A stretch of 63,369 nt of DNA, counting the filler, from Globobulimina sp. (Eukaryota): NCBI GenBank assembly GCA_003354225.1. It is 18 parts of 18 records of this genome, joined end to end, with 100 filler letters (N's around TTAATTAATTAA, not from the genome) between each part and the next. Parts side by side here need not be neighbours in the genome. Positions count along the whole stretch, not along the records: positions 10,588 to 14,016 come from PIVH01002823.1; positions 14,117 to 17,544 come from PIVH01002824.1; positions 17,645 to 21,072 come from PIVH01002825.1; positions 21,173 to 24,599 come from PIVH01002826.1; positions 24,700 to 28,126 come from PIVH01002827.1; 13 more parts are not named here. One strand, given 5' to 3'. The translations under genes and the position numbers were made by a program. The first letter of the stretch is position 1; each line of letters starts with the position of its first letter. Positions 13,061 to 24,815 of this stretch are shown in pieces. The notes beneath the pieces are model-generated. The model was not told the DNA's origin, searched no databases, and worked only from the letters and a program-made list of their open reading frames with translations.

Positions 13061-13459
13061 ATGATTAATTCTGCGTTTAGTAATCATGCAATGCAAATCC
13101 CTGATCAAATTGCCATCCCTTATTCAAATTATCATCAAGCCGTAAACAACAGCAATAATCATAAACGAGACGAAGATTGGGATATTTGCTGGGATTATTT
13201 GTCAACAAAAGGTTGTAGACGGGACAAATGTCGGTGGAGACATGACAATACAAACATTGACAGTTTCAACAATGATTACCGACTTAAAAATTACAGAGTT
13301 AGGAATAGTAATAATTATGAATCAGAATCACAAACATGCGCACCAATCAAATGCAGACAACCTACACAATATTTTTCTATTATATTAGAATTAGAGAATT
13401 TAGGAGACAGATCAAAGGAAATGGCATTGCAATTAGCGAACACAACGACCTTGTTTTGA
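13061..13459 (+). CDS. Small CCCH zinc-finger protein (possibly truncated)
   Basis: CWDYLSTKGCRRDKCRWRH = C-x8-C-x4-C-x3-H. Confidence 0.5.
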   Translation: MINSAFSNHAMQIPDQIAIPYSNYHQAVNNSNNHKRDEDWDICWDYLSTKGCRRDKCRWRHDNTNIDSFNNDYRLKNYRVRNSNNYESESQTCAPIKCRQPTQYFSIILELENLGDRSKEMALQLANTTTLF

Positions 13460-13790
13460 GATTAGTCAAGTAGGATTGGATAATCAAGGATAATTAAAAT
13501 AGGCATACCATCACGAATATTGCATTTTATGCAAAATAACTTTTACCACCAATCTTAGAATATTTTTTGTCAGGTAGCAAACATGCGAGAATTAAAGGAA
13601 GGAAAATAGGTTAATAATAAAATGTTAAAGGTAACATTTAACTTTTTGCTTTTCAGTTCACTTGGATCTTAATTTGAGATTTGTGAAATAGGATTGGCTA
13701 ATCGAGAAATAATAAAATTGGAATATCTGCTGGAATATTGAATTTCATGCCAAATCGCTTTCACCACCAATCTTAGAATATTTTTTTGTA
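13455..13790. repeat. Two diverged direct copies of a ~115-bp unit
   Basis: About 13455-13570 and 13672-13790 share TTTGAGATT...TAGGATTGG...ACCACCAATCTTAGAATATTTTTT. Confidence 0.8.
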
Positions 13791-14016
13791 TCTTTGTATA
13801 TTTTTTTTTTGTGAGGGAGTAAACCTGTGAGATTTAAAATCTTACTCAAATTCTGATATCTGATATCTTACTCAAATTCTGAGATTTAAAATCTTACTTC
13901 AATGTTTTTATTTTGAATAATCTGTAAAAAACTGTAAATTCAAAGAGTTTACAGTAAAAACAGTAATTTCAAACTGAAAAGCAAAAAGTTAAATGTTACC
14001 TTTAACATTTTATTAT
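13614..14016. repeat. Perfect 45-bp inverted repeat pair (13614-13658 / 13972-14016)
   Basis: ATAATAAAATGTTAAAGGTAACATTTAACTTTTTGCTTTTCAGTT and its exact reverse complement at the contig end. Confidence 0.9.
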
Positions 14017-14116
14017 NNNNNNNNNNNNNNNNNNNNNNNNNNNNNNNNNNNNNNNNNNNNTTAATTAATTAANNNNNNNNNNNNNNNNNNNNNNNNNNNN
14101 NNNNNNNNNNNNNNNN

Positions 14117-14622
14117 TCATTGGGAAAATAGGTGTGAATGAATGGAATCATTATGCGATTATTTATTGGCTCAATAGAGTGAATTATGGAATGTTTAATG
14201 CTGTTAAATATATGGATTTGAGGAAACATATTTCGTTGGCTAAACTTAAAGGAGTTGATTTATTGTCAATTAATAATGTTACATTGAAAATGTTTGGCGT
14301 ACATGATTGCAATGAACAGGAAATGATTTTAAATGCGATATCAAAAGTGTTGAAGAATGATAATTTTGATAATTATGTTGCAAATAACATTTTGACAGAT
14401 ATCCCAATAAAATATGTTGATCCGGTTTTGTATGAATTAATGGATAATCCGGTAAAAGTAAGGCAATCTGGATATGTTTATGAGAAATCATTTGTTTTTA
14501 AATATATTAATGAGAATAGAACAGATCCAATCACTCAACAATGCACTGATGTAACTGATATTATCCAATGTAAAGAATTAAGTGTTGAAATTGAAAAGTG
14601 GAAGAAAAACAATTTGATGTAG
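14117..14622 (+). CDS. SAM domain + U-box E3 ligase, 5'-partial
   Basis: W....I..WL ... KGVDLLSI....LKMFGV (SAM); IP.KYVDPVLYELMDNPV....G..YEK..V..YI.....DPIT (U-box). Confidence 0.85.
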
Positions 14623-14647
14623 TATTATTTTTTTCTAAGCTCCTATA

Positions 14648-15325
14648 ATGTCTCAGACCCAGACTATTCGAATAAACAAACTGGTGAATCAAGTCACTAT
14701 CACACAGTCTAACACACCCATTCAACCCGCTCCATGCAGTATTGTTAATCCATCAGAAAAATTATTCCTCACAAGATCGCTCATTGATCTGCGTCAATCT
14801 TTGACAAATAAAATAAAATCTGACCATTATGCAGATATAATACATTATAATATGCCACTGTCATTCAAATATCATGGACACGCATTTATATTTTCTACAG
14901 TTCCCTCAAATGAGAAATTAAAAACGTTTCATAATGAATTAGAAAAACATAAAACATCAATACATGAAAGATATGGATGGTATCCCTCTATAAAACAGCG
15001 AATAAACATTGATTTAAATACGTGCTTAATGGGAGTGGCCATCGATGTAAAAACTAGACAAATTATGGCAATTATTAGTTTATTTGATCTCAGTGACTCA
15101 AAAACAAAGAAATATAAATATGAGAGAGAAATGGCACTTTGTGTTTTACCACAATATCAACGTCGTCATATTGCTACAGATTTAGTACGGTTAACATGGG
15201 ACTTATTTGCTGACCGAGACAATGAGTGTTGGATTTATGTAAAGAATTCAATAAAATCTGGAAGGTTTTGGCGTGTATTCAAGCAATGGTATCCGAGTGT
15301 GAATTTCAGATTAGTTCGACCATAA
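14648..15325 (+). CDS. GNAT-family acetyltransferase
   Basis: LCVLPQYQRRHIATDL acetyl-CoA motif A; N..S..FW motif B. Confidence 0.7.
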   Translation: MSQTQTIRINKLVNQVTITQSNTPIQPAPCSIVNPSEKLFLTRSLIDLRQSLTNKIKSDHYADIIHYNMPLSFKYHGHAFIFSTVPSNEKLKTFHNELEKHKTSIHERYGWYPSIKQRINIDLNTCLMGVAIDVKTRQIMAIISLFDLSDSKTKKYKYEREMALCVLPQYQRRHIATDLVRLTWDLFADRDNECWIYVKNSIKSGRFWRVFKQWYPSVNFRLVRP

Positions 15326-15625
15326 ATGTTAAATTGTGTTGTGTTGGTTATGTGTTATATAAGCCTATTTTTGTGAACATGAAGCTTATATAATAATAAA
15401 TATTGCATTCTTTTTGTGTTGCGTAGATAATAATTAATAATCTTGTCGAGTGTGAATGACTTCTTTTCGTTATTTTTAATTGTTGGATGATTTGTACATA
15501 TTTTTTCTTGTTTGTGTGTGGATCATCATATGTGCACTCGATATGATTTATGATTATTTATTGAATTGATATTAGTACCCCCTACATTTGTGTTTGATTG
15601 CAGGTTAGCCTCAGCCATCAAGTAC

Positions 15626-17141
15626 ATGGCAACTAGCGCAAAGGCAACAAAAATTATAAATGTAATACACGTCGTAATTACTGGATCTTTATGGGGATTT
15701 GGATTTTATTCAAGACAAACGCTATCAGCAATCACGCATGCTATAGAAGAATCCTTTAACATCAATGCTTCTGGCATTTCTGCATTGTCATCGGGGCTCC
15801 TCATTTCATTCGCCATCATGCAAATTCCGGCTGGTATCATTTTAGAGATATTGTCCCCTGAGTTCTCTATGGTAGTCAGCATTTCGTTAATTGGTTTATT
15901 TATTTTAATATTTGGTTTCTGCAATACGTTTGCTGCAGGTTTAGTCGTTAATATATTATTAGGCGTAGTTGCATCTATCATGGGCTTAGCTGATTGGGCT
16001 TTAATTGAAGAAAGGTATATGTACAAATTATGTAATATGTACCAAATATATACGCCAATATGTATCCAGATATGGCAATAAATACATTGTATTGGTTGGT
16101 TCCATCACGCAGGCCATCGGAATTGGTTTATTTATTCTATGGCAATACTGCCAAGCCGAAGTCTATGAAGTTTATGGCAAATGGCGAGAGATTTACTGGG
16201 TGTTTGGATCTGTCTGCATTGGAACTGCTCTCTTATATTTTGTATTTTTATTCGTAGAAAATAAAATAAGCAAATCTGTTTACGATAACATTTTGTCGGT
16301 CGATGAAATGGGAAACGTCCAAATTGTTCGAGTGTTTAAATCACCATCGATCAAAGCAAAAGGTGGCAAACAAATAGCTAGTTTAATTTGGGATAAATTC
16401 AAATCTGCACTTTTCAAAGCATGGAACTGGTATTTATCATTTTTTTCAATCAATTTACATGCCATCGAATATGGTTTATCGTTTCTTTGGTTAATCCCTT
16501 ATTTGCATGTAAAATATGGCTTTGACTTAGGAATAGCCTCACTTATTAACGGTGTATTAGTATTTTCGTGGGGCCTCGGCTCGATCATATTTGGTAAAGT
16601 AATCTTAACTCAATGCGGAAAGCGCAGAAAGTTATCGTTGTTGGTTGGGATTATCATGGAACAATCGTTATTAATCTTAATTTATGGTGGATTTGATGAG
16701 AATTCAATGCATATCGGTGTTGTGATCACAATCTGCGTGATTTCTGGAGTTGGAAGCAGTGTTTCTTTAGTTTTAATGAATATGGTGCGGGATTATAATG
16801 TGTATCATAAATGCACCAATGGCGCCACGGGTTTTATCAATGGTATGAACTTTGTGGGTGCTGTGCTGATTCAGTTTTTAATTGGCGGGATTTTGGACTA
16901 TTCGTGGAAGAAAAATGATGGAGTGTATGATAGCAATGGAGTACGTGTATATACAGCACACGATTTTGAGCTTGCTTTTATAGTATTTCCCGTCACCGGT
17001 GTTTTGTGTTTAGTGTTATTACTATTTGTCAAAGAAACATATGGAGAGCCTGTTGTTTACGGTGACGATCAGGAAACTGTCAATAAAGTAAATGACAATA
17101 CGGAAATGCAGGCAATCACACGGAATAATGGGGATGAATGA
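15626..17141 (+). CDS. MFS transporter; intron 16015-16069
   Basis: About 12 hydrophobic segments; MQIPAGI.L, GATGFING; the 55-nt intron joins two ORFs in frame. Confidence 0.85.
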
Positions 17142-17746
17142 TGGCACTCAAATATTATTATGTAAATATCTTATTATTGTAATATTATATTAAATATTAT
17201 TGCAATCTGTTTTTTTTCAGATTTAATTTACAAAACGTTTCTCAGATTTAATAATATATTACGATTTAAATGAATAACCCTTATTCAGTAGCAACAGATT
17301 TATTTAAACGATAATTCAGATAGATAACCCCATCCACACTGAAGTATCGTTAAGTTTTTAATATAGGAGTTGGGATCGGCGAATAATGATCACTAGATTT
17401 AGAGCATGTAAATAATGATCACTAAATGTTGTGAAGTACAGTTAAAATTATAAAAATATAACAGAATGCAAACGGCTTACAGTTAAACTTATAAAAATAT
17501 AAATTATAAAATTATAAAATCATTTTCATCTTTAAAATTACCAANNNNNNNNNNNNNNNNNNNNNNNNNNNNNNNNNNNNNNNNNNNNTTAATTAATTAA
17601 NNNNNNNNNNNNNNNNNNNNNNNNNNNNNNNNNNNNNNNNNNNNGATTTTAATTTTTCATTTTTTTTTACTTAATTTTAATTCCATAAGAGCTACCAATC
17701 TTCAAAACACTAAGAAATCTTCTTCCCCCTCAACATCCAACCTCGG

Positions 17747-20700
17747 ATGCTGTCATCTTACTTGCTAATATTCTTTGCTCTGTGTATTACAATAAAGACT
17801 GCCTACGAAGGTAAATGTTTACTATGCAATATAATAATTGCAATAGAAACTGATAAAATATATGACAAACTACCATATAACTGTGAATATAAAAATTCCC
17901 AATATAAAAATTATACAAATGTTATCACAAACTTTATAATAAACTTCCCTCTAAAATTCGCCATATATAATTTTATTATATTCTCTCTATATCTCCTTCA
18001 ACTAATTTATATGTATACAGTATCGCCGCAATATCGCATCAAAATGGATACAAACAATAATGAAACAGAAGAACATATACAACCAAGTCAAAGAAATAAA
18101 TATAAAACAATCATAACGGTTAATATTAATATTAAACAATCGCAATTCCAACGGGAAACTGTCCCGGCAAACCTCCAGAAAATTTATCATATCAATGATA
18201 AATTAGATTTATCCAAACCCGGAATTATTACCGCATCATTTGCAGAAGAAGTGACTTTCCCGGGTGATGAACCAAAATGGAATAATCCGCCAATGATAGT
18301 AAATGTCCCTGCATTTCGAAAGAATAAATTATATTTTTATGCGCCAGATTGGAAGGATGTAGTGCCAGAATGCAAAGACAATAACCAATCAACAATGAAA
18401 CCAGCAATTCCTCGCTCTGCCACAAATATGTTTACCAGGGGCGATACTGCATTGCCTGCAATCATTGAACGTAATAAAGAATCATTGAGACTCTCTCAAT
18501 ACCCATTACCTAAACAATCAAATCGCGGCAGATATGCCAAAAAGAGACGTAAGAAACAGATGAATAAAAAACAACCAATTCAAAAATCTGACATTCTCGC
18601 GGACCAATTACGAAATATAAAGAGAACGAATGCGTTCGTTAAATATGATATTAGAATATGATTCAATCAATTTAAAATCAACAGCCATGGACTTAACAGA
18701 ATTTAAAGAAGTATGGGCGACGGAGAACGAAAGCAAAATCAGTAATGTCCAGGTAACGGCTAATTCGTTGAATATATATTCGCCGGTCAGTAAATTTATG
18801 GATTTAATTAATGGAAAGAATCCGGATTATGCACAAGCAATTAATATCATTTATAAATATGCAAATACCAATCATCCAATCCATAGATTGGTGATCCATC
18901 ATTTAGTGCCATCGACGATTATTATTAATCATAAAATGATGCTGCATTTAGACCCAATTAGCGGCTCTCGAACCGAGTTAATATTAATGGATTTGAATTG
19001 GAATGTGCCATATCCAAAATGGCAACATAATGACATTGAAATCACGTACATTAAGAAACAGTTAGAATGGCGGCCGACGAATATGTGCCTATTCAATATA
19101 CCATTAAGTATATTGAACAATAACTCATTACATAGAATATTAAATGAAAAGATAACGGCTGCGGTTAATTCGACGTGCATCCTATTTACGATTATAAATG
19201 CGATGAAAAACGATTATACGGTGTCGAAAATCAAATTTATGCCGCTTTTATTAGCATTGATTAAACCATACGCGATAAAATTGAAAAGAATCACAATGGC
19301 CCAAATTGAATTAAATAAAATGAAATCGCGCCCGGTACCAATGGATGAAGACAATGGCGACAATTTAGATGATATTAGTGATGACTCAGTAAATGCGGAT
19401 TTATGGTTTGATGACTTAACCAATAATATAAATAAAGAATATTTAAATATAATCAGATTAATGGAAAAGCATATTGTATCGCCCGAAGATGTCCTGAATA
19501 ACAACAAAATACGTAATCGAAGATGGTGCAGAAATACTTTGTATCATATGAGCAATGCGACGGGCAGCAATTTCGCATTACCATGGTGGATAAATGTGGA
19601 AAGCTGGGAGAAAATGATCCATTTTGTTGCCGCGAAGAATTGCATTAAAAGTATCCGTAAACCATTCAAATCGGACTTATTATTTGAAGATAGGAACATA
19701 TTTATTACGCCGCTAACGACCATGGGAATAAATCCGAAACTATTAACTGGCGACGAAGCGTTGGGATTCCCTGGAATTGTATTTAGATTTGGCACACTCG
19801 TCAAATATATGTGCCTTTTCTGCAGTAATATCTATTATGATTTTATTGCATTTGCAAAAACGTGTGCCTGTGGTAAGAAATTTGTGCCGCATTCGAAATG
19901 TCCGGAACAGGCGCATTATATTAAGAAGCAAACAAATAAAATTAAACAGCGATATAATAAAGGATTGATATCCAAGAAAACAATGGAGAAACAAATCAGT
20001 AAAATAGTATCAATTAAATGTATTCGATGCACGTATTGGGGCCATATCGGTAATGGATGCGATAGCACCGAGGAAGAAATTCGATGTTTATGTTGTTATC
20101 GCTCTAAACATATTCGGACATTAAATGCATTGGTTTGTAGTGATACGGCGAATTTAGTCCATTTATTTAGAAATTTAAATGATTTGAATACGAATTGGAC
20201 CGACGTGGATTTCGAAAATTTGGACCATTATAAATTAATGCGTTGTACAATCGATGACGATTTAAAGATTGAGGATTTGTATAAAATCATTGATACAAAC
20301 ACAACCAATCAGACAACATTAAATTCAGTGGTTTCCGAGGATGAAGAAAAAGAAAGAAATTATATTGAAGCGGCACAGAATAACGTAAATAGAAAAGACC
20401 ATCAACAAACTACCAATATGGCCTCGAATAATAATAATAATGCAAACCCAATGCAAACCGACTCGTTATTGCCAACCAACTCATTAGCAACGGCAGAAGA
20501 ACAATTATTAAATCATGGATTGGTGGATGAAGACTTTGATGATGTGCTCCCCCAATTAGTTGAGTTCAATGAATCGAAGAATATCACATTGGAGGATAAT
20601 GAATTAATAATCCAATCAAAAGATGAATTAACAAACAATCCATATATCTCTCCCTCGCTTATCCCATTAATTGCGTCGACCTCAATGTTACAAGACCTAC

Positions 20701-21072
20701 AAAGTGCAAATATGACGAATAGTTTCTCCAATTTATTAACAAATGATAATCCGGCCCAACAAAACAACACTCCGTTAACAACAACGTCCGACTATGTGTT
20801 TAATGATGACCCAGAAATCATTGTTGATGCCAATAATCGTCCGAGGAAACCACAGCCAAAGAAACCTGAACAACCACTCCATCCGGTAACTATCGCTCCG
20901 AATATACCCAAATATAAAGCAAGAAATAGCAATGAATCGTTCCGGGTTAATATGCTTAGTAATAAAATGGAGCAAGCGATCAATAACAACAATAAAAAAT
21001 ACCAATTACCATTCAAGAATTTAAGGAAAAAATCAAAAACTAAAAAACGACAAAAACAAAAGCCCGATACCA
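17747..21072 (+). mobile_element. Gag-like ORF1 of a non-LTR (LINE-type) retrotransposon, split in two overlapping frames near 18630-18661; 3'-partial
   Basis: Zinc knuckles CIRCTYWGHIGNGC (C-x2-C-x4-H-x4-C) and CLCCYRSKH-x8-C at 20019-20138; basic, disordered flanks; no RT in the contig. Confidence 0.55.
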
Positions 21073-21172
21073 NNNNNNNNNNNNNNNNNNNNNNNNNNNN
21101 NNNNNNNNNNNNNNNNTTAATTAATTAANNNNNNNNNNNNNNNNNNNNNNNNNNNNNNNNNNNNNNNNNNNN

Positions 21173-22318
21173 TGTCCGTTCTGAAGCAGATAATCCTTTC
21201 ATTTCAACATATTTTTGAACATATTTCATAATTTTATCTTTAAATTTATTTTGCTTCAACGTGAACATCAGGATTCCATCAGTTTGCTTCTTGCCGTACA
21301 TAGCAATTATCCACACTGCTAAATGCAAATATTCCTCTTTCATCTGTTTAGCATTTAAATAATATGGAACAGACTCTGAACATGAACATTTAATCAGGTT
21401 TTTATTCACTTTTTTACATTTCACACATGTCCATGATTCATTTTTATGTTCATTCATTTTAAACAAAGTTATTGGTAAAATCCAAAAACTATCCATAAAT
21501 TTTGTCGAATTAATATCTCCCCAATATCCTGCACATTGGCGCCAAATCGGTTGACACGTTTCTTTTGTGTCTAACAAACTGCGCAAATATTTAATAAATT
21601 TATTGCTATTTGATGTCAGCAATGATAATGTTGTTTGGCGGTATCTATCATTATTTAATATGGCATTTAATGTTTGCAAATATGATATGTCAGTGTGAAC
21701 AATGCGCATTGGAGTGTGATCCCTGGCGCACGATTTTAAAACGAAATAATAATACATATTTGCTTCGATTTGTTTGTTATATGTTTCTATATTGTTAACA
21801 AACCACGTAACGCACCAATTTATACAATCTAACTTTATTGTAATAACAACCGATTTGTTTGGTGATTTGGTGCAAAAATATTCATATACGCTGTGTTTAT
21901 CACTATTATTTTGTGATAAATTATAGGATCCATAGTATGATAAATCATTTTTGTCTCTTTTTGTGGTAACTCCGAAATGATGACTGCAACCACATGATGT
22001 TTCGTTTTGTATTGAGAAGTAATGTGTATTTTTATTATAACCATTTTTAGTCGAACATTGTGGATAAATAAGAGATTCAAAACAATTACCAGTCATTAAT
22101 CCACCTGGAAACGTATTAATTGACGTGATAACATATCCATTTTTTGAGCGTTGGTAATTTGCGGCATCATATATATCCCATATTGGTAATACATGGAAAA
22201 ATGATAATATTAACTGACTTATGTGTGATGTAATATATATGTGATTAGTTATTTCAAATTGACGAACATAACCACAAATTAATAATTCTGCCTGAGAGGA
22301 CTCAATGAAATCGCTCAT
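21173..22318 (-). CDS. Hypothetical protein with SPRY/B30.2-like beta domain and zinc ribbon, 3'-partial
   Basis: LLICGYVRQ N-terminal motif; FGVT, VITIKLDC..W.VTWFVN (SPRY-like); WTCVKCKKVN...C.C. Confidence 0.55.
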
Positions 22319-22444
22319 CACTGATCGTGTCACTGATCGCGTTGAATGTAGATGAAATTAAGGAATTAGTTTTTGTTTTTAATACTTACTAAACTAAATT
22401 ACAAATTAAGTTGTTTATAGTTGACTTATAGACAAAAAATTATA

Positions 22445-23322
22445 TCACAATTGATGAATGATATAATTTCTCCATCCTAAATGGTTTGCTTTGTAACCAA
22501 TCTCTAACAGTCTCGCTTCAACATTTTCAATCATTTTCAATGAGGCAGAATCAACAAACAATATTCCTTTATTTTTTCTATTTAGTTTTGACAACATTTG
22601 CAACAAATATTTCCACCGTTTATCATCTTCCCTCAGTCTCTCGTCATTAAAAGCAAAAAATAAACAGTTATTTGCAATGACCACATCGAAGGAAATATCA
22701 CACGAAAGTTTATTTTCTTCAAATAATTGAATAAAATCGCATTTAATTATATTTATTTCATGTTTATTACCATCAAAAACAAACATTCTCTGATCATCCT
22801 TTCCAATGATATTTGTTGTTGCATTAAGTATATTTTCAACAAATAACGTTTTAGCTCATCGTTTGGATCCTTCTCATTGTTGTTGCCACTGTCATTTTTA
22901 ATATATTTTTTATAATCATGAGGCAAATAATAAATATTATTATTTTCCACTGCGTCCAATGCATTCACATCTTTATCAATGACAGTAAATTGAATAGGAA
23001 ACCTCCACAAAATAGCAGCAATCTCCATAAACTCCGGACAAAAATACTTTTCTTTGATGCAGCCTGGACCAAAAATACATATTTTATTGTGATGATTATT
23101 ATTATTCTTATTCTTACCATCAATATAATCAAATAACGGTTTTAAAATGTTTCTACTCCGAGTTGAGAATGTAAATGTTGGAGATGCAGAATTATCATAG
23201 GTTGGTGCAGCTGCAGAATAACTTTTCTTTAAATATGATTTATACCGATACCATATACCGGTTATCACGAATATTGTGAGTATTCCGCATGCAACAGAAA
23301 CCAGTAAAGCTAGAGTTTTCAT
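22445..23322 (-). CDS. Membrane-anchored class I SAM-methyltransferase-like protein with a frameshift near 22842
   Basis: N-terminal TM; ICIFGPG, TVIDKD in the first ORF; CDF, FDVVIANN, GILFVD in the second; one extra T in TATTTGTT restores the frame. Confidence 0.6.
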
Positions 23323-23337
23323 TCAGTTTTTTTAATC

Positions 23338-24363
23338 ATGCGTTTCAAGGCAATGATCGAGCAGGCTTCACCCATAATACGTATGCTAACCTCATTATCA
23401 TTCATGGCCAAAGATTGTTTAATCGTATTATGTAGCACAACCTGGAAAATCATGATAAATGAGAAATTCGTGCAATCCTCGCATCCGCAATGTTATGCAT
23501 CCACACCAATCGCATATGTATTCAGTCATTACATGTTAGAGTCGCAAGCAAACAATGAAATATTGCTGCAAATAAATATAAAAAACCTGTTAGCGGCCTT
23601 CAAATCGGTAAAGGATTTTAGCGGAGGAATGACCATCTTAAAATTAACCAAAAAACATGGAATTGCAATGTTATCATTTGAAATGTGGGAAGATGATGGC
23701 GATGAGCTACGCGTCAATGTCATTCAAGACGTGACCGTCAAACCAATCCAACACAGCAAACTATATCTGTACGAAGAGCCTGCTTTGGGCGAATACCACG
23801 CATCGAGTAACTTGCCGCCATTGAAATCATTGAAAAATGTGATTGAACGCATGCGAGTCATAAATAACATCACCAACACAGCAGCCAATGACAATGCGAT
23901 GTTAATTATTAATAATCATAGTGGCCGATTATTACTAGAGATTAAAACCGTTACTTGTAAATTAAAAACAATTTACAAGAATTTATCTGTGAATGATGGT
24001 CAGTTGAATGCGGATGATGACGATGAAAATGCGGAGGACCGGAAACAAAATGTTTGTGCTAAAATTGATTTGAAATATTTATTAAAAGTGGTTCAGGCCT
24101 TACAGTCATTGCAAATCAGGCAGACTGTGATCGCCATTACAAAGCAAACTTGTGTCACTATACATGCGCGATTGGCACAGCAGTACCAAGGAAATGACAC
24201 TCAGAATAATGAGAATGAGGATGAAGATGCGGTGTCGGCGCGGATTACATTTTATCTTTGTGTTTATCTGGATGAGGAGGAGGAGGAGTACGATATGGAT
24301 GAGAAAAGTAATTCAAATATTAATATTAGTTCGGATCTGGATCAACAAATGAATATTGACTAA
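23338..24363 (+). CDS. HUS1: 9-1-1 checkpoint clamp subunit Hus1
   Basis: MRFKA start, LKLTKK..A.LSFE, VIQDVTVK, EP...LPPLKSLKNVIERM. Confidence 0.85.
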   Translation: MRFKAMIEQASPIIRMLTSLSFMAKDCLIVLCSTTWKIMINEKFVQSSHPQCYASTPIAYVFSHYMLESQANNEILLQINIKNLLAAFKSVKDFSGGMTILKLTKKHGIAMLSFEMWEDDGDELRVNVIQDVTVKPIQHSKLYLYEEPALGEYHASSNLPPLKSLKNVIERMRVINNITNTAANDNAMLIINNHSGRLLLEIKTVTCKLKTIYKNLSVNDGQLNADDDDENAEDRKQNVCAKIDLKYLLKVVQALQSLQIRQTVIAITKQTCVTIHARLAQQYQGNDTQNNENEDEDAVSARITFYLCVYLDEEEEEYDMDEKSNSNINISSDLDQQMNID

Positions 24364-24541
24364 GATTAATTATAAAAAAAACATAGGAGCGTGTCATTGT
24401 ATTTAACATACAGTTAGAAACTATTTCAGTTTTCCTTAAGGCTTAATTGCGTGCATATCGTTCTTTCATTACTTTAGACATATTTACGATGCAAAACATT
24501 TTACATAGGATAGATGTTGCAGAGTTTTCAAATGTTGGTTT

Positions 24542-24599
24542 GTCATGACAAAGAAAAAAAAAGTCATGATAAGGAAAAAAAAGTCATGACAAAGAAAAA
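24542..24599. repeat. Short tandem repeat GTCATGA(C/T)AA(A/G)G-An, 3 copies
   Basis: Three ~20-21-bp copies running into the contig end. Confidence 0.8.
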
Positions 24600-24703
24600 N
24601 NNNNNNNNNNNNNNNNNNNNNNNNNNNNNNNNNNNNNNNNNNNTTAATTAATTAANNNNNNNNNNNNNNNNNNNNNNNNNNNNNNNNNNNNNNNNNNNNA
24701 AAA

Positions 24704-24740
<37 letters not shown>

Positions 24741-24815
24741 AAAAAAAAAAAAATGTAAAAAAAAAAAAAAAAAAAAAAACAAAAAGATAACATATAAAAA
24801 GAGAGAATTAATCAC

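Noticed and set aside
24700-24790. Long A-rich tract as a retroposed poly(A) tail
   Set aside because: It reads as a T-tract on the EML sense strand and lies at a contig end; low-complexity 3' flank
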